Shown here: positions 51,072-60,544 of the stretch, piece by piece | Layout: the number at the start of each line of letters is the position of its first letter | Numbering within the stretch: position 1 is the first letter of the stretch | The notes under the pieces: generated by a model | The model's input: only the letters and a program-made list of their open reading frames with translations | The model's database searches: none | Told to the model about the DNA's origin: nothing | Position numbers and translations under genes: made by a program | Assembly: GCA_036501485.1 (NCBI GenBank) | Contig: DASYAG010000122.1 | Location: 5,446 to 69,445 of the forward strand | DNA: 64,000 nucleotides | From: Acidothermaceae bacterium | Lineage (GTDB): Bacteria; Actinomycetota; Actinomycetes; Acidothermales; Acidothermaceae | Direction of reading: 5' to 3'

Positions 51072-51560
51072 CTAGGACGACTCGTCGCGTATCGATTGCC
51101 AGAAATTCAATACCCGCTCGGGTGGCTGGTGGATCTCGACGGCGTGGCCGAACAACGGGCCGCTGGAGAACCAGCTTGCAACCGTGCCGCCAACTGACGT
51201 GGTCAGCAGCGCGCAGCCCGCATCGGCCATGTGCATGCCCTCCGCCTCGAGATCGTCGGTCGTCCACGACACATGACTGACAGCGCCGTGCTTGATCCCG
51301 AGCGCCTCGCGCAACTCCGGCGGCTCGACCACGTGCACCTGGTTGAGCTCGAGCAGGACTGGTCCCCACGCCGTGAACGCGGCCGAGTGGTCGAGGACGG
51401 CAGCGCTGGAGCCGAGGAACCGGAAATCGCCGAGGTCGATGTGTTCGAGCACTTTGAACGGGCCGACGCCCAACAGTCGCTGCGCATCGGCCATTGCAAC
51501 GTCGAGATCGTCGACCCAATAGCCGATGTGATGCAGCCCGCGCCGTCTTGTCTCGGTCAT
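51072..51560 (-). CDS. VOC (glyoxalase/dioxygenase) family protein
   Basis: GLHHIGYWVDDLDVAMADAQ is a VOC beta-alpha-beta-beta-beta N-terminus. Start set at the Met of MTETRRRGLHH. Confidence 0.7.
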   Translation of the reverse strand: MTETRRRGLHHIGYWVDDLDVAMADAQRLLGVGPFKVLEHIDLGDFRFLGSSAAVLDHSAAFTAWGPVLLELNQVHVVEPPELREALGIKHGAVSHVSWTTDDLEAEGMHMADAGCALLTTSVGGTVASWFSSGPLFGHAVEIHQPPERVLNFWQSIRDESS

Positions 51561-51653
51561 CCGCGACCTCCTGTGGGGCTCAATCTTGTCCCGAGGCATT
51601 CTCGCTTGATAAAATCCACTTCCGCAATACGGAATGGCTCGACCGGAGGTCTC

Positions 51654-52421
51654 ATGGGTCGACTGAGCGGCAAGGTCGCACTAGTCACCGGTACCGGGGG
51701 TGGCATCGGCCGCGCGATTGCCCTGACGTTCGCCCGGGAGGGCGCGCGCGTCGTGGGCTGTGATCTCGACCCCGAGGGCTCGGCGGAGACCGTCGCGATG
51801 GCCCGCGTGATCGGTGGAGATATGACGGCGATGGCGCCGGTCGACATCGCCACCGAGCAGGGCGCCGATGACTGGGTCGCCCAGGCGGTCGCGGTCTACG
51901 GAGGCGTCGATGTACTAGTGAACAACGCCTCGGCGATCAAGTTCGGGCCCATCTCGGAGCTCTCGGTCGCGGATTGGTCGTTCACGATCCGCAATGAACT
52001 CGACATCGTGTTCCTCGTGACTCGTGCAGTGTGGCCGCACCTCGTCAACCGCGGCGGTGGCTCGATCGTGAATATCGCCTCCATCTCGGCGACCCGCGGC
52101 GCGTTCTTCATGCCACAGAACGCGCATGGTGCTGCAAAGGGCGGCGTTCTGTCTCTCACTTTGCAGCTGGTGACGGAGGGTGGTCCGCACAAGATCAGAG
52201 TCAACGCGGTAAGTCCTGCCATGACCGCCACACCGCACACGGCGCCCCTGCTTACCGACCCGAACAGCCTGTTCGCTGGACAGGTTGAGCGCATCCCGAT
52301 GGGCCGAGTGGGCCAGCCGGAAGACGTTGCGAACGCGGTACTTTTCCTTGCCTCCGATGAGGCGGCACATGTGACCGGGGCGAACATTCCGGTCGACGGC
52401 GGCGCGGCGGCGATCGGATGA
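51654..52421 (+). CDS. SDR family oxidoreductase
   Basis: Motifs GKVALVTGTGGGIGRA and NNAS; the active-site region is atypical (HGAAK rather than YxxxK). Start at ATG 51654. Confidence 0.85.
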   Translation: MGRLSGKVALVTGTGGGIGRAIALTFAREGARVVGCDLDPEGSAETVAMARVIGGDMTAMAPVDIATEQGADDWVAQAVAVYGGVDVLVNNASAIKFGPISELSVADWSFTIRNELDIVFLVTRAVWPHLVNRGGGSIVNIASISATRGAFFMPQNAHGAAKGGVLSLTLQLVTEGGPHKIRVNAVSPAMTATPHTAPLLTDPNSLFAGQVERIPMGRVGQPEDVANAVLFLASDEAAHVTGANIPVDGGAAAIG

Positions 52422-52434
52422 TGGACGACAACAC

Positions 52435-53829
52435 GTGAGCCGCGACGTCGGGAGAAACGAGTTTCGCGGCAAGTTATGGCGCCGCGGCGACGACGGCTAC
52501 GAGCGAGCCAGGGTCGGCGGCGTCTTCAATGCCCGTCGCCCAGACAGGTTTCCAACCGCGATCCTGCAAGCCGCCAATGACGATGATGTCGTGGCCGGCG
52601 TGCGACTGGCGCGCGATGAACACCAACAGGTCGCGGTTCGGTCCGGCGGTCACTCATGGGCGGCATGGAGTGTCCGTGACGACAGCCTGCTGATCGATCT
52701 CAGCGCGATGCGCGAGATGTCTTATGACGCCACCACGCATATCGCGACGGTCAACCCAGCCGTGCGCGGCGGCACCGAGTTTGCACCCTTCCTCGAGTTG
52801 CACGGGCGAGCATTTCCCGGCGGCCACTGCGAGTCGGTCGGCCTCGGTGGCTTCCTGCTCCAGGGCGGGCAGGGCTGGAACAGCCGTAATTGGGGTTGGG
52901 CGTGCGAGAACGTGCTCGCCGTCGACGTCGTCACTGCCGACGGAGACTTGGTGCGCGCCGACGAGTACGAGAACAGCGACCTGTACTGGGCTGCGCGCGG
53001 CGCCGGGCCCGGATTTCCAGGCGTCGTCACGCGCTTTTACCTGAACACCTACGAGCTGCCTAGCGTCATGGTCCAGGACACCTGGACGTTTCGACTCGAC
53101 GACGCCGAGCGGCTACTCATCTGGTTGCACGACGTACTGCCGACCTTGCACATCACCGTCGAGCCAGTCATCGCGGCGACCCGCTTGCCCGACGTCCCGC
53201 TTGATGAGGGAAAGGTGCGACCCGAGGGCACCGTTCTGTTGTTGCATACGACGGTGATGGGCGACTCGGTCGAGGAAATCGACCGGCTGCTGCAACCTCT
53301 CGACGGTTGTCCGCTGAAGAACCAACGACTGGGCCACGTGCGCGGGCAGACCACGATCGCCGCCGAGAATGTGGCGCAGGCCGTGCAAAATCCGACCAAC
53401 CACCGTTACGCCGTCGACTGCACATGGACGAACGCAACGGCCCAGCAGCTCGCGCCGGTACTAGTCCGATTGTGGAAAGAACTGCCGACAGAGCACTCGT
53501 TTTCGATCTGGTACGGATGGGCGCCGACGCGCCCGTTGCCTGACATGGCGTTCTCGGTGGAGGCGAACGTCTACCTCGCTACCTACGTCATCTACAAAGA
53601 CGAGGCGGACGACGCGAGGTACCGCAGGTGGGTGCACGACCGCACGTCAGAGCTGGCTCGGCTCGGCGAGGGTGTGTATCTCGGCGACACCGACTTCACG
53701 GCACGAGGTGATCGCTTCATGTCGGACTCGAATTACCGCCAGCTGCAAGAAATCCGCGCCAGCCGCGACCCGAGTGGCTTGTTCTGCTCTTACCTGGCCG
53801 ACCCGAACATGCAGCTCAACCGGCACTAA
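52435..53829 (+). CDS. FAD-binding (PCMH/BBE-like) oxidoreductase
   Basis: The FAD_binding_4 region is VAVRSGGHSWAAWS...GGHCESVGLGGFLLQGGQG. The C-terminus is BBE-like (RASRDPSGLF). Confidence 0.8.
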   Translation: MSRDVGRNEFRGKLWRRGDDGYERARVGGVFNARRPDRFPTAILQAANDDDVVAGVRLARDEHQQVAVRSGGHSWAAWSVRDDSLLIDLSAMREMSYDATTHIATVNPAVRGGTEFAPFLELHGRAFPGGHCESVGLGGFLLQGGQGWNSRNWGWACENVLAVDVVTADGDLVRADEYENSDLYWAARGAGPGFPGVVTRFYLNTYELPSVMVQDTWTFRLDDAERLLIWLHDVLPTLHITVEPVIAATRLPDVPLDEGKVRPEGTVLLLHTTVMGDSVEEIDRLLQPLDGCPLKNQRLGHVRGQTTIAAENVAQAVQNPTNHRYAVDCTWTNATAQQLAPVLVRLWKELPTEHSFSIWYGWAPTRPLPDMAFSVEANVYLATYVIYKDEADDARYRRWVHDRTSELARLGEGVYLGDTDFTARGDRFMSDSNYRQLQEIRASRDPSGLFCSYLADPNMQLNRH

Positions 53830-54677
53830 CGAACGCTGGGTGTCAGGGGTTCTGCGCCGTCAAGAGGAAGTGGCAAGCGGTGTCGCGTCCGCCATCGGTC
53901 GAGCAGCGCATGCCAGCCAGTCCGGACACCGAACACCGACCAGGCGCACGCGCACAAGATCATGGCCGCGACGATGCCGTCGAGCCAGAAGTGGTTACCC
54001 GTCGCGACGACGAAGAAGACCGTGAGCACCGTGTGCAGCGGCCCGATGTAGCGCCAGCGGCCTTTGCCGATCTTCCACGTGTAGTAGCCGACCAGGCATG
54101 CCCAGGCGACATGGACCGACGGCATCGTTGACAGCTGATCGACCGCGAGGCCGTGCTGGTAGACGGACTGGTTGTACAGCTTGCCGGTATCGACGATGCC
54201 AGGCAGGAAACGCGGCGGCGCGACTGGGACGAGTTGCACGATCAAGCAGACCAGCGTCGTCCAGCCAAGTACCTGCCGCACCGGCCGGTACTGATCGCGG
54301 TGCCACCAGAACAACCAGATCAAGAACACGAACATCATCGGGAAGTGCATCGCCGCGTAGTAGAGATTCGCGACCTGCACGATGAGCGGATGACCGAGGA
54401 TCAGGTTCTGCACGCTGCGTTCTGACGGCAGGAAGATGTCGTGCTCGAAGTGTTCGATCCATCGCGCCCGTACGTAGGCGTCCTTGTTGCTGAAACCGGC
54501 GATCCGGCCAGCCAACTCCCACAGCGCGTACAGCACGCCGATGACGGCAACCTCACGGGCGAAGGCTCCGACGGCCTTGACCCGCTTGTCCTTCGACGCC
54601 GCCATCGCGCCGCCGACGGCGACCAGGACGGCAGCGGTCTCGAAGCAGTGCTGCCAACTGACCGACACCGTCCGCAT
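53826..54677 (-). CDS. PAP2-superfamily membrane protein (PAP2_3/sphingomyelin-synthase-like)
   Basis: Polytopic, with the motifs MPSVHVAWA and ATGNHFWLDG characteristic of this PAP2 branch. Confidence 0.7.
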   Translation of the reverse strand: MRTVSVSWQHCFETAAVLVAVGGAMAASKDKRVKAVGAFAREVAVIGVLYALWELAGRIAGFSNKDAYVRARWIEHFEHDIFLPSERSVQNLILGHPLIVQVANLYYAAMHFPMMFVFLIWLFWWHRDQYRPVRQVLGWTTLVCLIVQLVPVAPPRFLPGIVDTGKLYNQSVYQHGLAVDQLSTMPSVHVAWACLVGYYTWKIGKGRWRYIGPLHTVLTVFFVVATGNHFWLDGIVAAMILCACAWSVFGVRTGWHALLDRWRTRHRLPLPLDGAEPLTPSVR

Positions 54678-54700
54678 CCAGACAAATTAGTGGAGGCCGG

Positions 54701-55387
54701 TCAGCGCAACGCGAGGCCCCCGTCGACGCACAGGGTCTGGCCGGTCAACGCAGCGCCCGCCTCCGAGGCGAGAAACGCGACCGTCGCAGCGACGTCATCG
54801 GGCACGAGCGTGCGTGGCAGCGCCTGGCGCCGCAACACCTCCTCGAAGGCGGCGGGCGGCAGATCTCGTTGCGCTGTGGGCGTTGCGGTCAATCCGGGCG
54901 CGACGCAGGTCACCGAGATGCCGTCCTCGCCCAGCGCCATCGCGAGGGTGCGGGCGAGTCCGACGAGCGCGGCCTTGCTCGTGACGTAGGCCAGCAGATC
55001 GGACGACGGCGGTGACCAGATGGTGTCGGAGACGACGAAGATGATGCGTCCGAAGCCGTTGGTCGCCATCGACGGCGCGAACGCCTGAGCAAGTAGCAAT
55101 GCAGCCTCGACGTTCACTGCCTGTACGCGGCGCCAGGTCGTCAGGTCGATCGCGGCGAGGTCGGCCCGGTCAAATGCCGCGGCCGCGTGGACGAACACGT
55201 CGCAACGTCCGGCCGTTGCCAGAATGCGGGCCGCGGCGGCTCGAACATCGTCGGCCAGCGCGAGGTCGACCGGGTCAGGCCCGTGCTGGTCGAGTGACAC
55301 GACCTGATGCCCAGACGCTCCCAGTGCTGCGCAGATCGCACCACCGATGGCGCCTGCGCCGCCGGTGACCACCGCAGTTCGCTGCAT
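54701..55387 (-). CDS. SDR family oxidoreductase
   Basis: Has the TAVVTGGAGAIGGA Rossmann motif and a YVTSKAA catalytic motif. Confidence 0.8.
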   Translation of the reverse strand: MQRTAVVTGGAGAIGGAICAALGASGHQVVSLDQHGPDPVDLALADDVRAAAARILATAGRCDVFVHAAAAFDRADLAAIDLTTWRRVQAVNVEAALLLAQAFAPSMATNGFGRIIFVVSDTIWSPPSSDLLAYVTSKAALVGLARTLAMALGEDGISVTCVAPGLTATPTAQRDLPPAAFEEVLRRQALPRTLVPDDVAATVAFLASEAGAALTGQTLCVDGGLALR

Positions 55388-55388
55388 C

Positions 55389-56804
55389 TCAACCCGCCCT
55401 CGTCATGCCGACCGCCTCAGCACCCGCGATACGGCCGAACACGATCGCGTTGGTGAGGCCGCCGCCGTGGTCGATGAGGTGGCCCCACACCATGCTGACG
55501 GCGCCCGCTGCGTAGAGCCCTGGGACCGCCGAGCCGTCCGGTCGCAGCACGCGCGCCCGCTCGTCATGGCGGGGTCCGCCGGTCGTGCCGGCAATGCCGG
55601 GCCAGGTCTTGATCGCATACAGCTGGGCGGTGTCGAGCGGCACGAGGGTGTCGGCGGACCGGCCGAATCGATCGTCGCGGCCAGCAGTGGCGGATGCGTT
55701 GTACTCGGCAATCGTGGCGGCGAGCACCGCGGAATCGATGCCCGTCTCGTGAGCAAGTTCCTCGACGCTGTCGGCTGCGACTATCCAGCCACGCGCGACC
55801 TCGGCGGTGTTGTCGACGCTCCACCGGTAGTCATTCGGCGTGCCAAGAAGGCCGTTGAGTGGGCCGGCCAGCCGCGCGCTCTCGTCGAAGATCGCCCAGC
55901 TCGGCAGCGCCGGGCGATTGGCGTTGAGGGGGAGGTAGGTCAGCAGCGCGCGGAGCCGGTCGTGCACCTCGTAACCGGTCTCGTCGGCGAACCTGCGGCC
56001 GTCTGCGTCGACAAAGATGTGGCCGGCACCGAAGAAGTCGATCGCGAACGGGGCGGCGAACTCCGGCGTGCGAAACGCGAACCAGCCGAAGAATCCGTAC
56101 ATGTGCCACAGCGCAGCTCCGGCCGACTGGGCCATCAACAGGCCGCGCCCGGTGTTGGCTGCCTGGCCGACCGGCGACGTGTGGCCGAGCGGTAAGTAGG
56201 CCTCGGCCAGCCCTGGGTCGCCTTCGAACCCACCGCAGGCGAGCACGACCCCGCCGTCGGAGCCGATCGTCGAACGAGTTCCGTCGTGGTCGACGACGAG
56301 GCCCACCACCCCGTCGTCCGACATGACGAGCTCGCAGGCCAAAGTCGAGAACTGCACCGGGATCGAGCGATCGCGCACGGCGGCATCGAGGAGCGACCAC
56401 AGCGCCTTACCACGGCGGCCGTCGCCGCCGACGACCACGCGATAGCTGATGTGCCGGCCGGCCTCTGAGTGTGGCCAGGACGGAAAGGGCGCGGGTAGTC
56501 GCATCGGAGGCGGTTCGAACGCGGCGGTGCTGCCGCCGAGCGAGATCAGCCAGCGGTCGATGTCGTGCAGACCCTGGGCGTACGCCTCGAGGACCGCGCG
56601 GTCGGTGCGGCCGAAGCAGAGCGCCTCGAGGTGATCGAGCGTGTGCTCGTCGGGGAGGTCGAACAGGAAACCTCCGCTGTAGAGCGCGTTTCCGCCGCCG
56701 CGGGTGGTGGCCTCGACGATGACGACTGAGTGCCCGGCATCGTGCGCTGCGATAGCGGCCGATGCACCGGCCGGCCCGTAGCCCACGACGACAACGTCTG
56801 GCAT
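55389..56804 (-). CDS. FAD-dependent oxidoreductase (FAD_binding_2; KstD/fumarate-reductase flavoprotein-like)
   Basis: N-terminal VVVVGYGPAGASAAIAA dinucleotide-binding motif and the C-terminal GLYAAG...G motif. Confidence 0.8.
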   Translation of the reverse strand: MPDVVVVGYGPAGASAAIAAHDAGHSVVIVEATTRGGGNALYSGGFLFDLPDEHTLDHLEALCFGRTDRAVLEAYAQGLHDIDRWLISLGGSTAAFEPPPMRLPAPFPSWPHSEAGRHISYRVVVGGDGRRGKALWSLLDAAVRDRSIPVQFSTLACELVMSDDGVVGLVVDHDGTRSTIGSDGGVVLACGGFEGDPGLAEAYLPLGHTSPVGQAANTGRGLLMAQSAGAALWHMYGFFGWFAFRTPEFAAPFAIDFFGAGHIFVDADGRRFADETGYEVHDRLRALLTYLPLNANRPALPSWAIFDESARLAGPLNGLLGTPNDYRWSVDNTAEVARGWIVAADSVEELAHETGIDSAVLAATIAEYNASATAGRDDRFGRSADTLVPLDTAQLYAIKTWPGIAGTTGGPRHDERARVLRPDGSAVPGLYAAGAVSMVWGHLIDHGGGLTNAIVFGRIAGAEAVGMTRAG

Positions 56805-57217
56805 CAGCGGGCCGGGTTGCGCTCGACGAGCTCGACGAGGTTGCCCTCGAGGTCGGTCAAGTACGACATCCGGACGCCGGGTTCGGGGGATTGCTGCGGG
56901 ACCATCACCTCGCGGGCGCCAAGCGTGACGAGCCGCGCGTGAGTGGCCTCAAGATCGGCAACGTCGAACGCGATGTGCGTGTAGCACTCTGACAACGCGG
57001 CAATGGCCGGGTTCGACGCTCGCAACCCAAGCGCCGAGCCGGGTCGATGCAGGAGTTCGACCCGGTGGCCGAACTCGGCGTTGCGCAACATGACGATGTC
57101 GAGGTCGATCGCGTCGACTCGCAGTTCGACTTCGCGCTCCAGTTCGAAAGCGGCGCAGTACCAATCGGCTGCAGCCGCGAGGTCGGCGACCTGCACGCCG
57201 ACGTGGTCAAGCCTCAT
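56804..57217 (-). CDS. VOC (glyoxalase) family protein
   Basis: MRLDHVGVQVADLAAAADWY and HIAFDVADLEATHARL are present; 137 aa. Confidence 0.75.
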   Translation of the reverse strand: MRLDHVGVQVADLAAAADWYCAAFELEREVELRVDAIDLDIVMLRNAEFGHRVELLHRPGSALGLRASNPAIAALSECYTHIAFDVADLEATHARLVTLGAREVMVPQQSPEPGVRMSYLTDLEGNLVELVERNPAR

Positions 57218-57405
57218 GATCCGGCAGCGTAGTGGAGCGTTCGGAGGCCGTTCTCACTAGGCGAAAGTTCCGGCGTTGAGCTGTAATCGAAACGATGCCT
57301 GTTTGGACTGGACACTGCCGCCCAACACTCTTATCGTGACAATCACTTTCTCCTAGCGAAAGCGCCAGCCACGATGCCAGCCGAGACGCCACGCTCCAAT
57401 TTGCG

Positions 57406-58164
57406 ATGAGCCAGCTCCTCGAGGTCACCGACCTCCGCGTGACCTACGGCAACGTCGTCGCAGTCAACGACGTGTCGCTTTCGGTTGCGCAAGGCGAAGT
57501 CGTGGGTCTGATCGGGCCTAATGGTGCAGGTAAGTCGTCGTTCATCGATGCGTTGACTGGTTACCACCCCAGTAGAGGTGGCCACGTCACCTTCGAAGGC
57601 TCATCTTTGGATGGACGGCCCGCGCACGACGTGGCCCGCCGCGGCCTCGTGCGCACGTTCCAGTCGGTCGAGCTGTTCGACGACCTCACCGTTGAGGAGA
57701 ACCTGCTCGTCGCCGCCGAGCACCCGACGATCTGGAGTGCCTTGCGCGATCTGGTCGTGCCGTCGCGACCGCAAGGTGTCGACGACGTTGCCTGGGCTCG
57801 CGGCCTCTGCGATCTGGACGCCGTCGCACACCGTTACCCGCGCGAGCTGTCGCACGGTCAGCGCAAGCTCGTCGGCGTTGCACGCGCACTCGCACAACGG
57901 CCGCGTCTCGTGTTGATGGATGAGCCGGCGGCAGGCCTCGACACTGACGAGAGCGTCACGTTTGGTGCGCGCGTGCGTTCGCTGCCGGGTCACGGCGTGA
58001 GCGTGCTGCTGGTCGACCACGACATGGGGTTGGTCCTGGGGGTCTGCGATCGCATTGTCGTGATCGATTTCGGGAGCGTTATCGCTTCGGGCACGCCCGA
58101 CCAGATCCGGGCCGACCCGAGGGTGATTGAGGCTTACCTCGGGAGCCACGATGCCCATGCCTGA
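57406..58164 (+). CDS. livG: Branched-chain amino acid-type ABC transporter ATP-binding protein (LivG-like)
   Basis: Walker A GPNGAGKSS, signature LSHGQRK and Walker B LVLMDEPAAG, with a LivG-type C-terminus. Confidence 0.85.
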   Translation: MSQLLEVTDLRVTYGNVVAVNDVSLSVAQGEVVGLIGPNGAGKSSFIDALTGYHPSRGGHVTFEGSSLDGRPAHDVARRGLVRTFQSVELFDDLTVEENLLVAAEHPTIWSALRDLVVPSRPQGVDDVAWARGLCDLDAVAHRYPRELSHGQRKLVGVARALAQRPRLVLMDEPAAGLDTDESVTFGARVRSLPGHGVSVLLVDHDMGLVLGVCDRIVVIDFGSVIASGTPDQIRADPRVIEAYLGSHDAHA

Positions 58165-58987
58165 ACAGCGCCCGGACACCGGACAGGGCCGATCGGCGGT
58201 CGCCATGGCCGCCCGCCCAATGCTTGCTGTGTCGGGCATGTCGGCGGGCTACAACGGCATCGCCGTCGTCCGTGATCTTGATCTCACCGTCGCCGCGGGT
58301 GAAGTTGTCGCGCTGCTTGGGTCGAACGGCGCGGGCAAGACCACCACGCTGTCGGCGATCGCCGGACTCATCAAACCGCTTGCCGGCAGCATCACCTTCG
58401 AAGGCGACGAGATCGGTGGCGAATCGGCGCACCGGGTCGCTCGGCGCGGCATTGCGCTGGTCCCTGAAGACCGCGCGCTGTTTCACGATCTGACCACCCG
58501 CGAGAACCTGCGCGTTGCGCGTGGCCGTGATTCGGCGAGCGACGACGAGGTGCTCGACCTCTTGCCCGAACTGCGCAAGTGCCTGGGTCGCAAGGTTGGC
58601 CTGTTGTCAGGCGGTGAGCAGCAGATGCTCGCCGTAGGTCGTGCGTTGGTCGGCAAGCCGCGGATGCTGATCGTTGACGAGATGAGTCTTGGACTCGCGC
58701 CGGTCGTCGTCGAACGGTTGCTGCCAGTGCTGCGCGCGGCCGCTAACACGTTCGGTTCGGGCGTGCTCGTCGTCGAGCAGCACGTATCTCTCGCGCTGGA
58801 CGTCGCGGAGCGGGCGTATGTGCTCGCGCATGGACGTCTCGTTGTGCAAGGCCGCACTGCAGCCCTTCGTTCGCGCCGCGATCTGTTGATGGCGTGCTAC
58901 CTCGGAGATCTCGACGCCGCGGCGGCACTGTCTGCCGGAATTGATGACTCAGCTGGGGAGGCGGGCGTCCACACCAGCAGTGAATAA
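58151..58987 (+). CDS. livF: Branched-chain amino acid-type ABC transporter ATP-binding protein (LivF-like)
   Basis: Walker A GSNGAGKTT, signature LSGGEQQ and Walker B MLIVDEMSLG. The start is ambiguous (58151, 58157, 58205 or 58220). Confidence 0.85.
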   Translation: MPMPEQRPDTGQGRSAVAMAARPMLAVSGMSAGYNGIAVVRDLDLTVAAGEVVALLGSNGAGKTTTLSAIAGLIKPLAGSITFEGDEIGGESAHRVARRGIALVPEDRALFHDLTTRENLRVARGRDSASDDEVLDLLPELRKCLGRKVGLLSGGEQQMLAVGRALVGKPRMLIVDEMSLGLAPVVVERLLPVLRAAANTFGSGVLVVEQHVSLALDVAERAYVLAHGRLVVQGRTAALRSRRDLLMACYLGDLDAAAALSAGIDDSAGEAGVHTSSE

Positions 58988-59036
58988 GCCACGACAACGT
59001 CACCCTGCAAGGCACCCCTTTTTCAAAGGAGAAAAA

Positions 59037-60431
59037 ATGCGAGCAATGGTCAGACGGCGGTCTACCGCCCTGCTGGTTGCGACGGCGGCAGTCAGCCTGG
59101 TCGCCGCCGGTTGTTCCAGCAGCAAGAAGAGCACTGCGGCATCGTCGTCGCCGGCTCCGGCCACCTCAGCGGCAGCGTCCGTCGCCGCTCCTTCATCGTC
59201 TGCTCCGGCTCCGGCATCGTCGGCACCCGCACCTGCGTCGTCCGCCCCGGCTCCGGCATCGTCGGCACCTGCACCTGCCTCGTCAGCGGCGGCGCCGGCT
59301 GATCCGTTCGCGACGCCGAACGCAGCTTCCGGTTCGCCCGTGGTGTTCGGTGTGCTGAACATCCAGTCGGGTCCGGTGACCTTCCCCGAGACGCTTCAGG
59401 CCGAGCAGGCAGCGGTTAGTTACGTCAACGCCTACAAGGGCGGTATTGGCGGGCACCCGATCAAACTCGTGTCGTGCATCACCGACGGTCAGCCGTCGAC
59501 GTCCCAGCGCTGCGCGAACCAGCTGCTGTCCGACAAGCCGGTCGCGATCATGGGTGGCGCCGACACCGGTGCGCCTGGTGCAATCCCGGTTTGGCAGCGT
59601 GCGGGTCTCGCCTACCTCGGCGGTGTCCCGTTCACGCCGGCCGAGCAGACCTACGCGAACGCGGTGATCTTCTCGAGCATCTCGACCGCCGACAACGCTG
59701 CGGCATCGGTCTACGCGGCACAGACGCTGGGCGTGAAGAGCGCCGCGGTCATCGCCACGTCTGACACGCAGGGCACCAGTGTGATGAACAACGTCATCAT
59801 CCCGACGATGAAGGCCGCGGGCATCACCAAGGTCACCCCGATCCTGCTGCCGCCGACGTCGTCCGACGTCTCCTCGGCCGTGGCGACCGCACTTGGTGCG
59901 CACCCCGATCTCATCTACATCAACGCGCCGGCCGCCTGCCCGAACATCCTCGCGTCGCTCAAGCAACTTGGAAACACCGCGAAGATCATGGGCATCGACC
60001 CGTGCACGTCGCCTCCTGCTTTGAAGGGTGCGAACGGCGGGGCGAACGGTCTCTACTTCGCCAGCCCGGTGTTCGATCCGGGATCGGGCACGCCCGACTC
60101 CGACGAGTACCTGGCCATCGTGAAGAAGTACCAGCCCAACCTCGTGCTCGACTCACCGGCGGCCATCGGCTTCCAGACCGTGATCGACGTGCAGGCAGCG
60201 CTGGCCAGCTTCACCACCGCCGACCTGACGACAGCCAAGATCCTGGCCGCTTTCAGGACGGGTCAGTCGACCCCGAACTTCATGGGTCATCCTTACCTGT
60301 GTGACGGCAAGCAGTTGGCGGGCGCTCCCGCGATCTGCAACGCGTACGAGCAGATCCGGCAGGTGCAGGGCACCTCGATCGTGGTCGCCTCGAAGGACTT
60401 CGTCACGCCGGGCACGTTCTACAAGGGATAG
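59037..60431 (+). CDS. ABC transporter substrate-binding lipoprotein (LivK/Peripla_BP_6-like)
   Basis: Lipoprotein signal ...LVAAGCSS, a Ser/Ala/Pro linker, then a type I periplasmic binding fold (VFGVLN...GGIGGHPIKLV.CITDG). Confidence 0.85.
   Translation: MRAMVRRRSTALLVATAAVSLVAAGCSSSKKSTAASSSPAPATSAAASVAAPSSSAPAPASSAPAPASSAPAPASSAPAPASSAAAPADPFATPNAASGSPVVFGVLNIQSGPVTFPETLQAEQAAVSYVNAYKGGIGGHPIKLVSCITDGQPSTSQRCANQLLSDKPVAIMGGADTGAPGAIPVWQRAGLAYLGGVPFTPAEQTYANAVIFSSISTADNAAASVYAAQTLGVKSAAVIATSDTQGTSVMNNVIIPTMKAAGITKVTPILLPPTSSDVSSAVATALGAHPDLIYINAPAACPNILASLKQLGNTAKIMGIDPCTSPPALKGANGGANGLYFASPVFDPGSGTPDSDEYLAIVKKYQPNLVLDSPAAIGFQTVIDVQAALASFTTADLTTAKILAAFRTGQSTPNFMGHPYLCDGKQLAGAPAICNAYEQIRQVQGTSIVVASKDFVTPGTFYKG
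59199..59282 (+). repeat. Four tandem 21-nt units encoding (SAPAPAS)4 in the binding-protein linker
   Basis: Read directly from the sequence: tctgctccggctccggcatcg / tcggcacccgcacctgcgtcg / tccgccccggctccggcatcg / tcggcacctgcacctgcctcg. Confidence 0.7.
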
Positions 60432-60472
60432 AAAACCCGGCGAGGGCTGCGGTTTGGTCTGACGTTTTGCGG

Positions 60473-60504
60473 CGGGGGTCTGCGCGTATTGACGCGCAGG
60501 CCCC
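60473..60504 (+). terminator. Strong intercistronic hairpin between the binding-protein and permease genes
   Basis: GGGGGTCTGCGCG-tattga-CGCGCAGGCCCCC forms a 13-bp stem with one G-U pair. Confidence 0.45.
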
Positions 60505-60544
60505 CGTACCGGCGCAATAGAGAAGCAACGAGGGAGTTCAGGGT

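Noticed and set aside
55347-56195. 282-aa plus-strand ORF
   Set aside because: It lies antisense to the FAD-dependent oxidoreductase gene and has the Arg/Gly/Ala-rich composition of a shadow frame.
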